Notes: a model not told the origin generated them from the sequence alone. Positions 14,278 to 28,506 are shown, numbered from the stretch's first letter. The stretch is DNA of 64,000 bases from Eledone cirrhosa (GCA_964016885.1 OZ024759.1:25916001-25980000); one strand, 5' to 3'. A program made the numbers and translations.

Positions 14278-14367
<90 letters not shown>

Positions 14368-15681
14368 CGTCTGTCTCTCTGTTTGCCTGCCTGTCCGTAA
14401 GCTTGCCAGTCTGCCTTCTTGTCAGTCTGTCTGCCAGTCTTACCGGTCTACCTATCTGTCTGTCTGTCGGTCTGTCTGTTTGTTTGTCTGTCTGTGTGTA
14501 ATCACTTGTTCTCTGTCAAAGTACAAGGAAAGATTTGATCCTGTCTTTCCGTCCCCACGTTCTTCACCATCCTGACACCATGATAACCACATCGCTACCC
14601 TGACCACCACCACCACTACTACCACCACCACTAACACCACCACCACCAACACCACCACCACCACCACTACTACCACCACCACCACCATATCTCCATGACC
14701 ATCACCAACGACCACCTGTCATGAAAGGGTGACATACGACAATAATGTCTAGCACGCCCCGTTGGATAGGACGAACAATAAAGGTGAATGACAGTGATAG
14801 TGTTGGTGGTGGTGGTGGTGGTGATGGTGGTGGTAGTGTTGGTGGTGGTTGTGGTGTTGGTGGTGGGTGTTGGGGGTGATAGTATTGGGGCTGGTGGTGC
14901 TGGTGTTAGCAGTGGTGATGGTAGTGCTGGTGCTAGTCATGGTAATGGTGTTGATGGTGATAGTGTTGTTGTTGATGGTGGTAGTACTGGTGGTGCGTTG
15001 CAAGAGGGAGAGAGAGAGAGAGACAAAGAGGCAGAGAGAGTGGTCCAGAGAGAAGAGGAGTTTGACTGAGAAAGAGAGAGAGAGAGGGGAGATAAATAGA
15101 GAAATAGAATGTTAGTTAGGGGGTGGTAAAATGACAGAAAGAGTGTCAGGGGAATAGACAGAGAGAGAGATAGATAGTTAGAGAGAGGTGGGGGGGGAGA
15201 TAAGTTGGGGGAGAGAAAGATAGACAGATAGAGAGAGGGAGAGTGATAGTGGAGAGGGATGGAGTGAGAAAGAAGAGAGGGGCAGACAGAGAGGGTGAGA
15301 GGAAGAGGTAAGGGAGAGAGAGATAGACGGATAAACAGTGGGAGAGTAAGAAGGGAAGATAGAAAGAGAGAGGGAGAGAGAGAGAGAGGGGCACACAAGG
15401 AGAAGGAAAGAGAGAAGAGAAAGAAGAGGGAGAGAAGGAATTCTATATGTTAAGCGACTGAGGGGGTGAAAGAGAGCGGTATGAGGATTGACCATTGTAG
15501 CGTATCATGACGCTATTGTAAAACACGGAGATTTTCATGACGAAACCTCCAGGGAACTTTCTAGAAATACTGTGATTGATGCATATAATTGTTTCTTATG
15601 GCCGAGTTAAAGATACCCTGACTCAAGGCCAACAATTTTCGGGTTGGGTGGGGAAGAGCAGAAAACCGATTAAAATCGACC

Positions 15682-16270
15682 CAAGTACTTGACTAGTAGG
15701 TAAAGCGGTCAATTTGGCAGAAATGTTGATGGAAGTATGGCTTAGTGGTTAGAACCTTGGGGCTTGCAATTGGGAGGTTGTGAGTTCGATTCTCGGACCG
15801 GATGATGCGTTGAGTCCATAAGTACTTGACTAGTAGGTAAAACGGTCAATTTGGCAGAATTGTTGGTGGTAGCATGGCTTAGTGCTTAGAGCGTTGGGCT
15901 GCAATCGGGAGCTTGTTAGTTCGATTCTCGTACTGGAGGATGTGTTGTGTCCATAAGGAAGTCATTTTATTTCACTCAGCTATATAAAATGAGTTGTGAC
16001 GTCACTGGTGTCAAGCTATATTGACCATTATCTTTCCCTTGGACAACATCATATATATTATATATATAGGGTGTATGTAGTGTATATGTAATTTATATAT
16101 GTGTGACTTCACTGGCGCCAAGCTGTATTGACCACTGCCTTCCCCTTGGACAACATCTTATATATTGTATATATAGGGTGTATATAGTGTATATGTAATT
16201 TATATTTATGTTGCGACATTACTGGTGCCAAGCTGTAATGCCCATTGCCTTTTCCTTTGGACAACATCGG
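15682..16270 (+). mobile_element. tRNA-derived SINE with duplicated head (2 x about 137 bp) and triplicated body segment (3 x about 108 bp)
   Basis: A-box tggcttagtggttaga and B-box gttcgattc occur twice, each preceded by aagtacttgactagtaggtaaa (15682, 15819). The segment actggtg.caagct.ta.tg.ccat....tt.cc.ttggacaacatc occurs at about 16000, 16105 and 16215. Confidence 0.75.
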
Positions 16271-16673
16271 TGGTGTGGATGTTTAAGTAGGTGTGGCGAA
16301 CCGCATATATTGTAGCTATTAGAAAAAGCAAAATCAATGTTCCACCTTCGAAAGAGGAATGGCTTCAAGAAGAGATTACGGTGTTGGATATTTGCTCAGT
16401 CTCTGTGTTCTCAGTTTCAAAACTTACCGAGGACAATATTGCTTTTCAACCTTTCGTAGTGGTGGTGGTGGTGATGAGGTCGATAAAAAGAGTACAAGTC
16501 TATTGCTGGTGCAGCCCCTCCCCCTCTCTCTCTCTTTCCATCCCCCTTTCCAGACTTTGACAATGAAGTACTTGGATCAATAGGATCGGCTAAATTATGA
16601 TGATGCTCCAGCATGATCGCAGTCCAATGACTGAGACCATTCAAATGAAAAAATCGGAGATAGACAGATATAT

Positions 16674-16726
<53 letters not shown>

Positions 16727-16853
16727 TGTGGAGCAAAATCGAACAGGAAGCGGAGTCAGTTACGTTGTGTATATTTATACTTTGCAATGATCCTCTCCAC
16801 CGACTTACGTAGACTGATAAATTGTGAATTGAGGCAGCTTCATACACAATGGA

Positions 16854-16958
<105 letters not shown>

Positions 16959-17062
16959 TATATACCACCACACTCATATATATATATACATACATATATA
17001 TTTATATACATATATATATATATATTTATATACATATATATATATATATATATACCAACACA

Positions 17063-17108
<46 letters not shown>

Positions 17109-17166
17109 ATCACACTCATATATATATATATATGTATATATACCAACACACACACACTCTCACACT

Positions 17167-17202
<36 letters not shown>

Positions 17203-17412
17203 AGGGATAAATTAAATATTCCACGGTATATAAATTACATTTTCTGAACAGGTTTCAATTATTTAGTGGAGAAATATTAATGAAAAAAGACATAAATAAA
17301 AATCAAAATAAAACGTTTGGGAAATAAATATTTATTGAATATTAATTGAATTGTTTTAGAAATTATAACTGATAGTTTTAATCTCTTCCACTATATCTCA
17401 TCTATTTATCTC

Positions 17413-17504
<92 letters not shown>

Positions 17505-17506
17505 AC

Positions 17507-17663
17507 CATCTTTCTCTCCGGCCAACAACTGATTCTTTTTTTCAAATACTTTGGAAGAAGAATCGGGATGGAGAGAGAGGTGCTGTACTCCAGCAAGTTT
17601 TATGAAAGGTGGGTGAAAGTGGCGAGAATGGCTCGAGTGAATGGGCCTTCTCTCTATATCAGC
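17507..17663 (-). other. Candidate internal exon (157 nt)
   Basis: Strong acceptor ctcctcctctttttcctcaacctacag; only one open frame (ADIERRPIHSSHSRHFHPPFIKLAGVQHLSLHPDSSSKVFEKKNQLLAGEKD); weak donor G|gttaga. No homology recognised. Confidence 0.25.
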
Positions 17664-17909
17664 CTGTAGGTTGAGGAAAAAGAGGAGGAGAGGAAAGGAG
17701 TACAAACTCTTCGTACTCCTGGAGATGAGGGTTGCACACTTTTTTTCGGGGGTATGTGTTACCCATATGTAATGTCTCCCCCTATTGGGGAAAATCGATA
17801 AATTTTTAAATTGCATTTGTGATAATATTTTACACGTTTTTATTGTATGTAAACTTCCCCCTTTGCATTTGTCCCCTTCTTTTGTGCCCCTGTGGCTAAT
17901 AAAGAAACA

Positions 17910-17956
<47 letters not shown>

Positions 17957-18080
17957 ATGTATTTCTGTCCGTCTGTCTATCTTTCTATGCCATCTCTCTC
18001 TCTCTCTCTGTCTCTCTCTGTGCGTGAAACTAATAAACCTTTGTTCGTACTGCTTCTCTGTTTTATTCCCGTTCCATTTT

Positions 18081-18151
<71 letters not shown>

Positions 18152-18449
18152 GCATCTTTATGTTTCTGAGTTCATTATTTCATAAATATAAAATTATTCG
18201 AATATAATATAATATAATATAAAGTATATATACATGTGTGTGTATGGCTGTGTGTGTGTGTGTGCGTGTGTGTACACATATTTATAGCTTGAACGTGAAA
18301 TATATAAATATATAAAGTATATAGAGGTCTCGGCCATATAGAAATGATGTGTCGGCAGATAGAATTAATAGTAAATCATATTTGTTGATATGTGAACAGT
18401 GAGATCTGACCTCTTCACAAACAGGTTAACAGATGTCTCATATATGGGA

Positions 18450-19146
18450 TAATGGTTTACATTTTTACACTAGCTTTATATCACTAACTGGAGCTTATTA
18501 AACGTCTTGTTGCCGGTGTTGTTGCTGGTGTTGTCGGTGTTGGTGGTGATGTTGTTGATGTTGTTGTTGTTGGTGTTAATGTTCTTGGTGTTAATCTTGT
18601 TAATGTTGTATATATTTTTACACTGGCTTAATATCATTAACTGGAGCTTATTAAACGTCCTGTTGCTGGTGTTCTTGTTGGTATTGTTGATGGTGGTATT
18701 GTTGGTGTTGCTGTTTGTGTTGTTGGTGTTGCTGGTGTTGTTGCTGGTGTTGGTGTTGTTGCTGGTGTTGATGTTTGTGTTGTTGGTGTTGATGGTGTTG
18801 ATGTTTGTGTTGTTGGTATTGTTGATGGTGGTATTGTTGGTGTTGTTGCTGGTGTTGATGTTTGTGTTGTTGCTGTTGATGGTGTTGATGTTTGTATTGA
18901 TGGTGTTGATGTTTGTGGTGTTGGTGTTGCTGGTGTTGATGTTTGTGTTGTTGGTGTCGGTGGTGTTGTTGGTGTTGGTGGTGTTGCTGGTGTTGATGTT
19001 TGTGTTGTTGGTGTTGATGGTGTTGTTGGTGTTGGTGGTGTTGTTGGTGTTGGTGGTGTTGTTGGTGTTTGTCTTGTTAATGTTGTCTACATTTTTACAC
19101 TAGCTTTATATCGCTAAATGGAGTTTATTAAACGTCTAGTTGCTGG
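18450..19146. repeat. Three copies of a 60-bp unique unit separated by (GTT/GGT)n expansions
   Basis: atttttacact.gctt.atatc..taa.tggag.ttattaaacgtc at about 18461, 18614 and 19091. Confidence 0.9.
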
Positions 19147-20144
19147 TGTTGTTGATGTTGTTGTGGTTGTTGGTGTTGTTGTGGTTGTTGGTGTTGTTGA
19201 TGTTGTTAATGGTGTTGTTGTTGTTGTTGTTGGTGATATTGTTGGTGGTGATTTTGTTGTTGATGGTCGAATTGTTGGTGATATTGCTGAGGTTGTTGTT
19301 AGTGTTAATGTTGTTGATTTTATTTGTTTTAAGTCAGATCTTGCTTGCAATTCATATGGACCTCAACAACCCAGTGGACATTGGACATCAAGCCACTCAC
19401 AACTGTCCATGCAAAATGCAGAGGGGCCCCATGTAGCATAGATAAGAGCTCATTAATGATGTCTCAAGTGGTCACAGTAGGCCAACAGTTATAAGTAATT
19501 TTCAATAAGGAGTTTCTCTCTACCTACCCTGTACACATTGAATACGTTTGAATCCTCAAGGAGGGTTTCAACAAATGGCAAACCTTCTTAAAATCTGCTT
19601 TCCTTTTTTTAATCCTAGGGTGCTACATAGTAGGATCAAATCCGGAAACATGTGACCAAAAAACGAACATCTTAAGCACATATCTATGCCAATTTGGTCT
19701 TTCTTAAGACACATCACCGAAATCTTTGCGGTTTAACCACAGGGCCTTCTCCAACAGTGAGTACTATTCTATATTTACTAAACATATGGGCATGACCCCT
19801 CTAAACATAATTATTCATAAGGCACGCTGTATTAGTACTCTAGTTCTTGATTACATTTTAACGTTAAGGTCCTGACCCCTTTTCTCCTTGTCTTGTCCAC
19901 TGAATCTGTCCACAATAAGCTGGGCCCTCTCATCCAACACCCACCCCAACCACATGGCCTCTCCTTCAATACTCACCCTTGACTTAAACCCACCCCACCT
20001 TGTTACTCCCATCTCAAGCTCTCATCCCTACCTCCCCCACACGTCCTCTACACCCTACTCTTCCTTCTCCTTCCTTACCTAAATATCCCTCACCCCCTCA
20101 TACACTACTCCAAACACTTCAACTATGCTCCCACCACCACAACC

Positions 20145-20620
20145 TCGCCACAGGCAGCAACAGCACCATCACCCCCACCATCACCACCACCACCACTACT
20201 ACAACCAATACAACAACAAATACTACTACCACAACCACTACCACCACCTCCACCACCACCACGACCCTCCACTATCACCACGATCACCACTACCACCACC
20301 TCCACCATCACCACGACATTCTCCACCACCACCACCACCACCTCCACCACCTCCATCATCACCACAACCACCTCCACCACCTCCATCATCACCACCACTA
20401 TCACCACCATCACCACCACCACCACCACCACCATCATCTCCACCACCACCACTACCACCTCCACCTCTTCCATCATCACCACCACCACCACCACCTCCAT
20501 CATCACCACCACCACCACCACCACCTCCACCACCTCCATCATCACCACCACCACCACCACCTCCACCACCTCCATCACCACCACCACCACCACCATCACC
20601 ACCATCACCACCACCACCAC
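20145..20620. repeat. (CCA/TCA)n trinucleotide tract
   Basis: Direct reading; source of the poly-P and poly-H ORFs. Confidence 0.9.
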
Positions 20621-21026
20621 ATCTGTCATGTCTGTACCCCTCTCCCTATCTATCAACAGACCAATGGATTCCTTCTTCCGGTTATTTGACCTTTCACACC
20701 TAATCACTTTCTCAACAATCCTACTGTTCCTCTCTCACCCTCTTCCTCTCCCCCTTTCGCTCTCTCCGTCACCCTCTTCCTCTCGCTCAGTCTCTCCCTC
20801 TCCCTCTTCCTCTCCCTCAGTCTCTCCCTCTCTCAGTCACTCCCTTTCCCTCTCTCAGTCACACAGTCTCTCCTTCTCCCTCTCTCAGTCTCTCCCTCTC
20901 TTAATCTCTCCCTTTCCCCCTATCCCCCTCTCAGTCTCTCTCTTTCTCTCTACACCCAACTCTCTATCTATATCAATACATTCACCCTCCAATTATTAGC
21001 CCCCCCCCTCCAATACATCCCCCCCC

Positions 21027-21694
21027 TGTCTTTATATCATCTCTCCCTCTTGCTCCTTACTCACCATCTTAACTGTTGTCTTTATCTCATCTCTCCCTCT
21101 CGCTCCTTACTCACCATCTTAACTGTTGTCTTTATCTCATCTCTCCCTCTTGCTCCTTACTCACCAACTTAACTGTCTTTATCTCATCTCTCCCTCTTGC
21201 TCCTTACTCACCAACTTAACTGTCTTTATCTCATCTCTCCCTCTTGCTCCTTACTCACCAGCTTAACTGTCTTTATCTCATCTCTCCCTCTCGCTCCTTA
21301 CTCACCAACTTAACTGTTGTCTTTATCTCATCTCTCCCTCTCGCTCTTTACTCACCATCTTAACTGTTGTCTTTATCTCATCTCTCCCTCTCGCTCCTTA
21401 CTCACCAACTTAACTGTCTTTATCTCATCTCTCCCTCTTGCTCCTTACTCACCAACTTAACTGTTGTCTTTATTTCATCTCTCCCTCTTGCTCCTTACTC
21501 ACCAACTTAACTGTCTTTATCTCATCTCTCCCTCTCGCTCTTTACTCACCAACTTAACTGTCTTTATCTCATCTCTCCCTCTCGCTCCTTACTCACCAAC
21601 TTAACTATCTTTATCTCATCTCTCCCTCTCGCTCCTTACTCACCAACTTAACTATCTTTATCTCATCTCTCCCTCTCACTCCTTACTTACAATC
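21027..21694. repeat. Homogeneous minisatellite, 14 units of 47 or 50 bp (last unit truncated)
   Basis: Unit tgtctttatctcatctctccctct(c/t)gctccttactcacca(a/t)cttaac(tgt), counted unit by unit. Confidence 0.97.
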
Positions 21695-22286
21695 TGAACC
21701 CTCTGATACTCATCTCACCTACACCCCTCTCCGTTCTATTCTCGCCTATCTAGTTCTCTTTTTTCTAATCCCTTCAGTCCCCATTACATGCCTCCCCACC
21801 ACCACCACTCTCGACGTATTATCTCCTTCATTATTCATCAATAACCACCACTATCACCACTGCAGACACTGCCACCCCCGCCACCACCACCACCACCACC
21901 ACCACTACTACCACCACTACCACCACTGCAGATCCTGCCGCCACCACCACCACCACCACCACTGCAGACACTGTCACGCCTACTACCACCACCACCACCA
22001 CCAGCACCACGACCGCTGCCAACACCACGACAGTCACCGCCACCACCACCACCACCACCACCACCACCACCACCACCACAGCCACCACCGCTGCCAACAC
22101 CACGACAGTCACTGCCACCGCCACCACCACCACACGCCAGTCTATTAAAGATCCAACACGTGACCTTTGCTCTTCAATTATAACATCACCCTCGCTCCAT
22201 CCTCGCCCTCCACCCATCACCCCACCACCACATTTTTATATTGTCGCTGACTCTGACCCTCTTCTCTCCTAATAAAACATCGTCAT

Positions 22287-22360
<74 letters not shown>

Positions 22361-22570
22361 CGATCATCGCCATTATCACCGTCATCATCATCATCATCAC
22401 CATGATGACTATTATCACCATCAGCATCACCAACAACAACATCTTCAACAGCATCACCAGCATCACCATTACAAACATCATCATCATCATCTCCATCAAC
22501 AACATCATCACGACTAACATCTTCACCATTATCCCATCATCATCACTATCAACATCATAATATTAATGTG

Positions 22571-22687
22571 TGAGTTCAAATCCCGGCGAGGTTAACTTTG
22601 CCTTTCATCCTTACGGGGTCGATAAAATAAAGTACCAGTAATACACTGGTAATTTCATGGCCTTGTGCCAAAAGTAGAAACAATTAT
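22571..22687 (+). mobile_element. tRNA-derived SINE, 5'-truncated copy
   Basis: Nearly identical to 12558-12677 from the B-box onward. Confidence 0.85.
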
Positions 22688-22949
22688 ATATTTCTACTGA
22701 AATCGTATCAACGATGAGAAAACGAAATGTTCGTGACAACGTCCCCTCAATCTTCTAGAAATAGCACCCAAATCCCCCTCATATTAAACTGTTGTGCGGT
22801 CTCTAACTCCTGGTTGAGTCGTAGGGGCGCCATATTGATATACGGCGTTCCTTGGGCATTTTAAGCCTGGCGGAGCCCGTACTTCTCCAGACCAGAGTAC
22901 AGCAGATTTCTTCCAGAGAAAGATAGAAAATGAGAAATAGATATAGAGG

Positions 22950-23112
22950 GAGAATCGACTCCAGTACTAGACTGGTACTTTTTTTAATCGACCTCGAATG
23001 GATGAAAGGCAAAGTTGACCTCGGTGGGATTTGAACTCAGAGAGCAGAGAGCCGGAACGAACGCCACGGAACATTCTCCCCGTCAATCTAATGACTCTGC
23101 CAGTTTGCCGCC
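22950..23112 (-). mobile_element. tRNA-derived SINE copy
   Basis: The reverse complement contains ggcggcaaactggcagagtcattag ... ctgagttcaaatcccaccgaggtcaactttgcctttcatcc ... gtcgattaaaaaaagtaccag. Confidence 0.8.
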
Positions 23113-23118
23113 TTTTAT

Positions 23119-23306
23119 ATTACATGGGAGCCCCTACATGGACACACTAGAAGAGGAAGACCAAGGTTAACTTATGTTGATGCCCTAAGGACAGACACTG
23201 GTCTGTTGGAGACGCAGGACATGGCAGCGATGATGAGAGACAGAGACCGCTGGAGAGAACTCGTCCATGGATCTCGGGAATTTTACCCGCCTTAGATAGA
23301 TAGATA
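23119..23306 (+). mobile_element. RTE-type LINE 3' end with (TAGA)n tail
   Basis: Frame 23125-23295: WEPLHGHTRRGRPRLTYVDALRTDTGLLETQDMAAMMRDRDRWRELVHGSREFYPP*. RGRP..TY.D.L..DTG..M.DR..WR is the RTE ORF2 C-terminal signature; a short tandem-repeat tail follows the stop. Confidence 0.85.
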
Positions 23307-25025
23307 TTATATATATCAGCTTCATCAAAAGTCAGCTAATAGAGAAAACTTAACATCGTCGTTTGACTTTGTTAGAAATAACAGCCAACACACCTCGCTG
23401 CCTTATTAAACAGTATAGCTTTTTAAAGAGAAGAATGAACATGTAGGTGATGGTCATTCCTCTATGTATAGTTAGTTCTGTTGGATCTGGTCTGGCCTTG
23501 GGATAAACAACAGTACTAACACCTAAACTATCAAGCCGAAACCCACCAACGCCACCACCACCACCATCAGCACCAAATCCACCAGCAGTGATCCCCAGCA
23601 ACACCACTAACACTACCGACACCATCAACACCACCACCACCACTACCAACGCCACCACCACCATCAGCACCACCACCACTACCAAAACCACTAACGCCAC
23701 CTACACCACCACCATCAGCACCAAAACCACCAGCAGTGCTCCCTCCTACACCACCAACGCCACTAACACCATCAGCACCACCACTACTACCAAAATGACG
23801 ACCACTACGAACACCACCATCAACGCCTCCGCCAAACTACCAACACCACCATCATCACCATTATCACCAGTGACATCATTAATACAGTGGCCAAGAAACG
23901 AAAAGAAAAAAAAAATACGATAGACCAGCTGACCAATCACGTGATTACTCAACCGAATAATTTATCCCCCCCCCCCCGCGACTTTACTCTGCCCTACCAA
24001 ACAACTCCCCAACCCAGTATCATGTCCGTGCTGTTTCCCCCACCCCATGCTACAATCCCCTCCCTCGAACCACCCTGCCACTACCTCCACGTCTTCATAA
24101 ATGTCACCCTCACTCCCATTAGCTACATCTTCCTCACCCATAGACATCTTCATCTAGACTCCAACCCCCCACCCGCCAACAACCCCCTCCCCGTGGTTTA
24201 TCACACCCTCACACACACACACAGTCCCACCGCACCACAACCACCACACACTACACTTTACACCAAACTCACGCACTTAACAACTCCCACACATATACGT
24301 AGATAAATACACACTCACATGCGAATATATGCATACACAGTATAAATAAATACATATACATATATATGCATACACACACACACATATATATATATATCAT
24401 ACATCATACACACACATACACACTCAGTTACAATCGGACACACATCATTGTTTCGAGGCTAATTATTATTGTGTTAAATCAATTCCTCTTAGAATCCCCC
24501 TCTCTCTCTCTTATCCACTCATTATATATATACATAGATACATTCATATATACATACATGCATACACACATACATACATGCTAATATACATACATACATG
24601 CTAATATACATACATACATACATACACTCAGTAGCTATAACCATATTCACATTCAACTCCAGCTATGCCCTTTTCCAAAATCCAATCTTGGACCGCTTCC
24701 TACCACCACCACCACCGCCGCCGTGGCTACCACCACCGCCACCACCACTACCACTACCACTACAACCAACACCACCACAACCACCACCACCACCACCACC
24801 ACCGTCCCTACCATCACCAGCACCCTCACCGCACCACCACCACCAACACCAATAAGCAGTCCACCTCCTCATGTCCCCTATCACAGCTCCACAGTCTATT
24901 GTTTCGAGGTTGTTTTATGAACAGGTCAATACACTGGGTCACTATTCCGTGTCAAAACCCTTAACTACAGCCATAAAGGCTACACAATTTCATGGCTAAT
25001 ATTTCAAAAAAGAAGACAAAAATAG

Positions 25026-25059
<34 letters not shown>

Positions 25060-25236
25060 AAAAATAATGATAATAATGATCATGATAATGATGATGATAA
25101 TAATATTAATAATAATAATAATAATAATAATGATAGAGAGAGAAAAAACACGAAAAAGACAATTAAATCCCGAACTCTTTAAACCATACAGAAAGAAACA
25201 CAAAATGCATACACATGTACATGTACACACACGGAC

Positions 25237-25279
<43 letters not shown>

Positions 25280-25399
25280 CACACAAACACACACACATAC
25301 ATGCAGCTGTAAGCACAAACATATACATTCTCACACATATATATATATATGTATACACACCCATACACACAAACGTATATGCATACACATATGTTTACA

Positions 25400-25437
<38 letters not shown>

Positions 25438-25442
25438 CATAC

Positions 25443-25515
<73 letters not shown>

Positions 25516-25972
25516 TATATATGCATACACATATATGTTTACACGCATATATATATATATATGTACTCATGCACGCATAGACAAACAATTGGTGTGAGTG
25601 ACATGATGTTATCAACAAAGCGATAGTAACGCCATCTATTTGTTCCGCTGGACACTAACAAGAATAAATAAATACACAAATAAATGTAGAAATAATTGGA
25701 GAAAAGATTGATACAACAGCAGCAGTGTAACCACAAATAGTGAGCAGCAGCGATCAGAAACATGGTCAAGCGACTAGCTGAAAATAGCAATCAAATTCTC
25801 TTAATATAAGGAAGAATACAGTGGCAATTTAGTACATATGGGTGTGGCAGTGTAGCTAGCCATCATCAATGCCAACAACACTTGTCTCTTCTAGTTGATC
25901 GAACAATAGATGAGCCTCCTAGAGACATTAACTTGAATGTAGATGACCTTCCACAGACACGTGCACTCTTAC

Positions 25973-26042
25973 CATCGTTAATATTAGAGAATTTCAGCGT
26001 GACACAGTGTGTGAAAGACATGGTCCTTTGAAATTGAGTTGA
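25973..26042 (-). other. Candidate exon (70 nt)
   Basis: Acceptor catttcatcttcctacag and donor G|gtaaga bound a non-repetitive island. Open in phase 0 (STQFQRTMSFTHCVTLKFSNIND); in phase 1 it reads VNSISKDHVFHTLCHAEIL*. Confidence 0.3.
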
Positions 26043-26468
26043 CTGTAGGAAGATGAAATGGAGAGCCCTGCACAATTATAAGGCGGTGCCGCTAATCGAA
26101 GTCCCGACTTTGCATTTGTGAGCCGAAAATCCCAGCTACATATAATCACGTTACTATTTAAATATCAGTGAACGATCGTAGTATTTTGGTGAGAAACTGT
26201 TTTTACCCTCGTAGGAAATTTCGCGAATATGTCAAATTTATATTCTAAACCACTGATGATTATTGATCTAGTTAATACCTATGGACTAAGAGGAAATATT
26301 AGGTAAACTTTATCGGACTGTTCCTCATAAAGGAATATCGATAACATTTATCTGTTATTTCTTCAAAGTTACATTTTAAACTTAGCTCCGTTTAAATGAT
26401 TATTTTATCTAGTTAATTTCTTCTGACTACGAAGAAAAAATTGGATAAATTTTGTCTGACTCTTCAAA

Positions 26469-26543
<75 letters not shown>

Positions 26544-26546
26544 ATG

Positions 26547-26589
<43 letters not shown>

Positions 26590-26593
<4 letters not shown>

Positions 26594-26700
26594 TGCTGGA
26601 AGATATCGGAGTGGATAGAGTAGGAGATCCCAGAACGTTGATTGTCGATGAAAAACAGTGGAGAACATGTGTAAAGACGATTGGGTGACTTTGCAGTCAA
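26590..26700 (+). mobile_element. Diverged RTE-type LINE 3' remnant
   Basis: Translates [28 protein letters not shown], matching the L..D.G...D...WR..V pattern of the 23125 copy. Confidence 0.5.
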
Positions 26701-26712
26701 CATAGGTATAAA

Positions 26713-26822
<110 letters not shown>

Positions 26823-27335
26823 CACACAAATATATATGTATATATAGATATATAATATACAGATCAACACACATGCACATTGGCACATACACGCGCAAGC
26901 ACGGAAGCATAATCGCCGTCTCTCGCACATACATTCAAAATAACACACAGCTACATACACATACAGCTACAAATATATTCGTTTATTCTTTCACTGGTTT
27001 CAGACACTTGGCTACGGCCAAGCTGGAGCATCTCCATGGGTATCTGCCGTTTGTTTTTGTCTAGAACTTCATCGATCTATATCTGTTGCAACGCTAGATT
27101 ACAGGACATAAATTAGTAGTCGTAGCTGTAGTAGTAGTTGTGGTGGTAGTGGTAGTGGGGCCGATGGTGGTGGTGGTCGTGTTGGTAGAAATAGTAGTAG
27201 CAGTAGTAGTAGTGGTGGTAATGGTAGTAGTAGCAGTGTTAACAGTAATTACTGCTCTTATGGACTCTAAATTGGAGAGTTCAGCGGTTCTGTCGCGTCT
27301 GTAATTCATTTCAGTAACCCGGAAAATGGATAAAC

Positions 27336-27398
<63 letters not shown>

Positions 27399-27418
27399 CT
27401 CTCTCTCTCTCTATTTCA

Positions 27419-27474
<56 letters not shown>

Positions 27475-28210
27475 CTATTTGTATGTCTAACAGTCTGTTT
27501 GTCTGTCACGTATACACACGTTTGTATATTCTATATACACAAATATTCATATCTACATCCCTCCATATAAAAATATATACATAAATACATACATTCATAC
27601 ATACATATATGCATGGATACATACATACATGCATACATTCATACATGCATGCATGCATACATGCATACATACATGCTTACATGCATACATACATGTATAC
27701 ATACGTACATGCTTACATGCATACATAGACACATACATTCATACATACATGCGTACATACATACATGCATGCATGCACACATACATACACACATACATAG
27801 ATACACACATACATACATACATACATACATACATACATACATACATACATACATACATACATGTATACATACATATATTCATACATATACACAAGTATAC
27901 ATATATACATGTGTCCCTGTTACTCCTCGTATATATTCTTCACGCATTTCTCACTCTCTTCTTTGTCTTGCTTTCTGTATCATTTATTAATGATTGGGCG
28001 TGTATAACTGCGCACATTCACGTGTATATATATGTGCACATTCACGTGAGCGCACGTGCCGATCATGTGTGTATATACACGCCTGAACCACTATACACTT
28101 GTTAGTGGAAACAGGTGGTGTGCTTGTACGTATATGCAATTAAGTGATAGTGCGGTTATGTGGGTGACTGTATGTTTGTATGTGTGCTTGTGTGCGTGTA
28201 TGCATACATG

Positions 28211-28268
<58 letters not shown>

Positions 28269-28423
28269 CGAGACAGAGAGAGTGAAGGAGTGATCATTTA
28301 TAAATGTGTTTATATTACTGCGTGCGTGTCTGTTTATGTACGCATTATGTGTACACACACACATACATATATATATATATACAAACATACATACATACAT
28401 ATATATATATATACATACATACA

Positions 28424-28506
<83 letters not shown>

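Noticed and set aside
14503-14715. Minus-strand exon ending DGEERGDGKTGSNLSLYFDREQ
   Set aside because: The better acceptor forces a poly-Val frame, the other lacks a pyrimidine tract, and the phase does not match the 17507 candidate.
15730-15935. tRNA genes
   Set aside because: A and B boxes present but no cloverleaf, and they continue into SINE body sequence.
16424-16520. Strong minus-strand donor G|gtaagt with an open frame
   Set aside because: The upstream sequence is SINE-derived and has no credible acceptor.
19818-19830. 5'-end matches to miR-124 here, miR-10 (about 19525), miR-34 (about 25845) and miR-2 (about 60141)
   Set aside because: Only 9-10 nt contiguous matches, 3' halves differ, and no proper precursor hairpin.
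20000-20707. Extensin/formin-like poly-Pro and poly-His ORFs
   Set aside because: (CCA)n tract open in multiple frames with no complex flanking coding sequence.
21027-21694. CRISPR-like appearance of regular repeats (also 18450-19146)
   Set aside because: No unique spacers, no cas genes, eukaryotic context.
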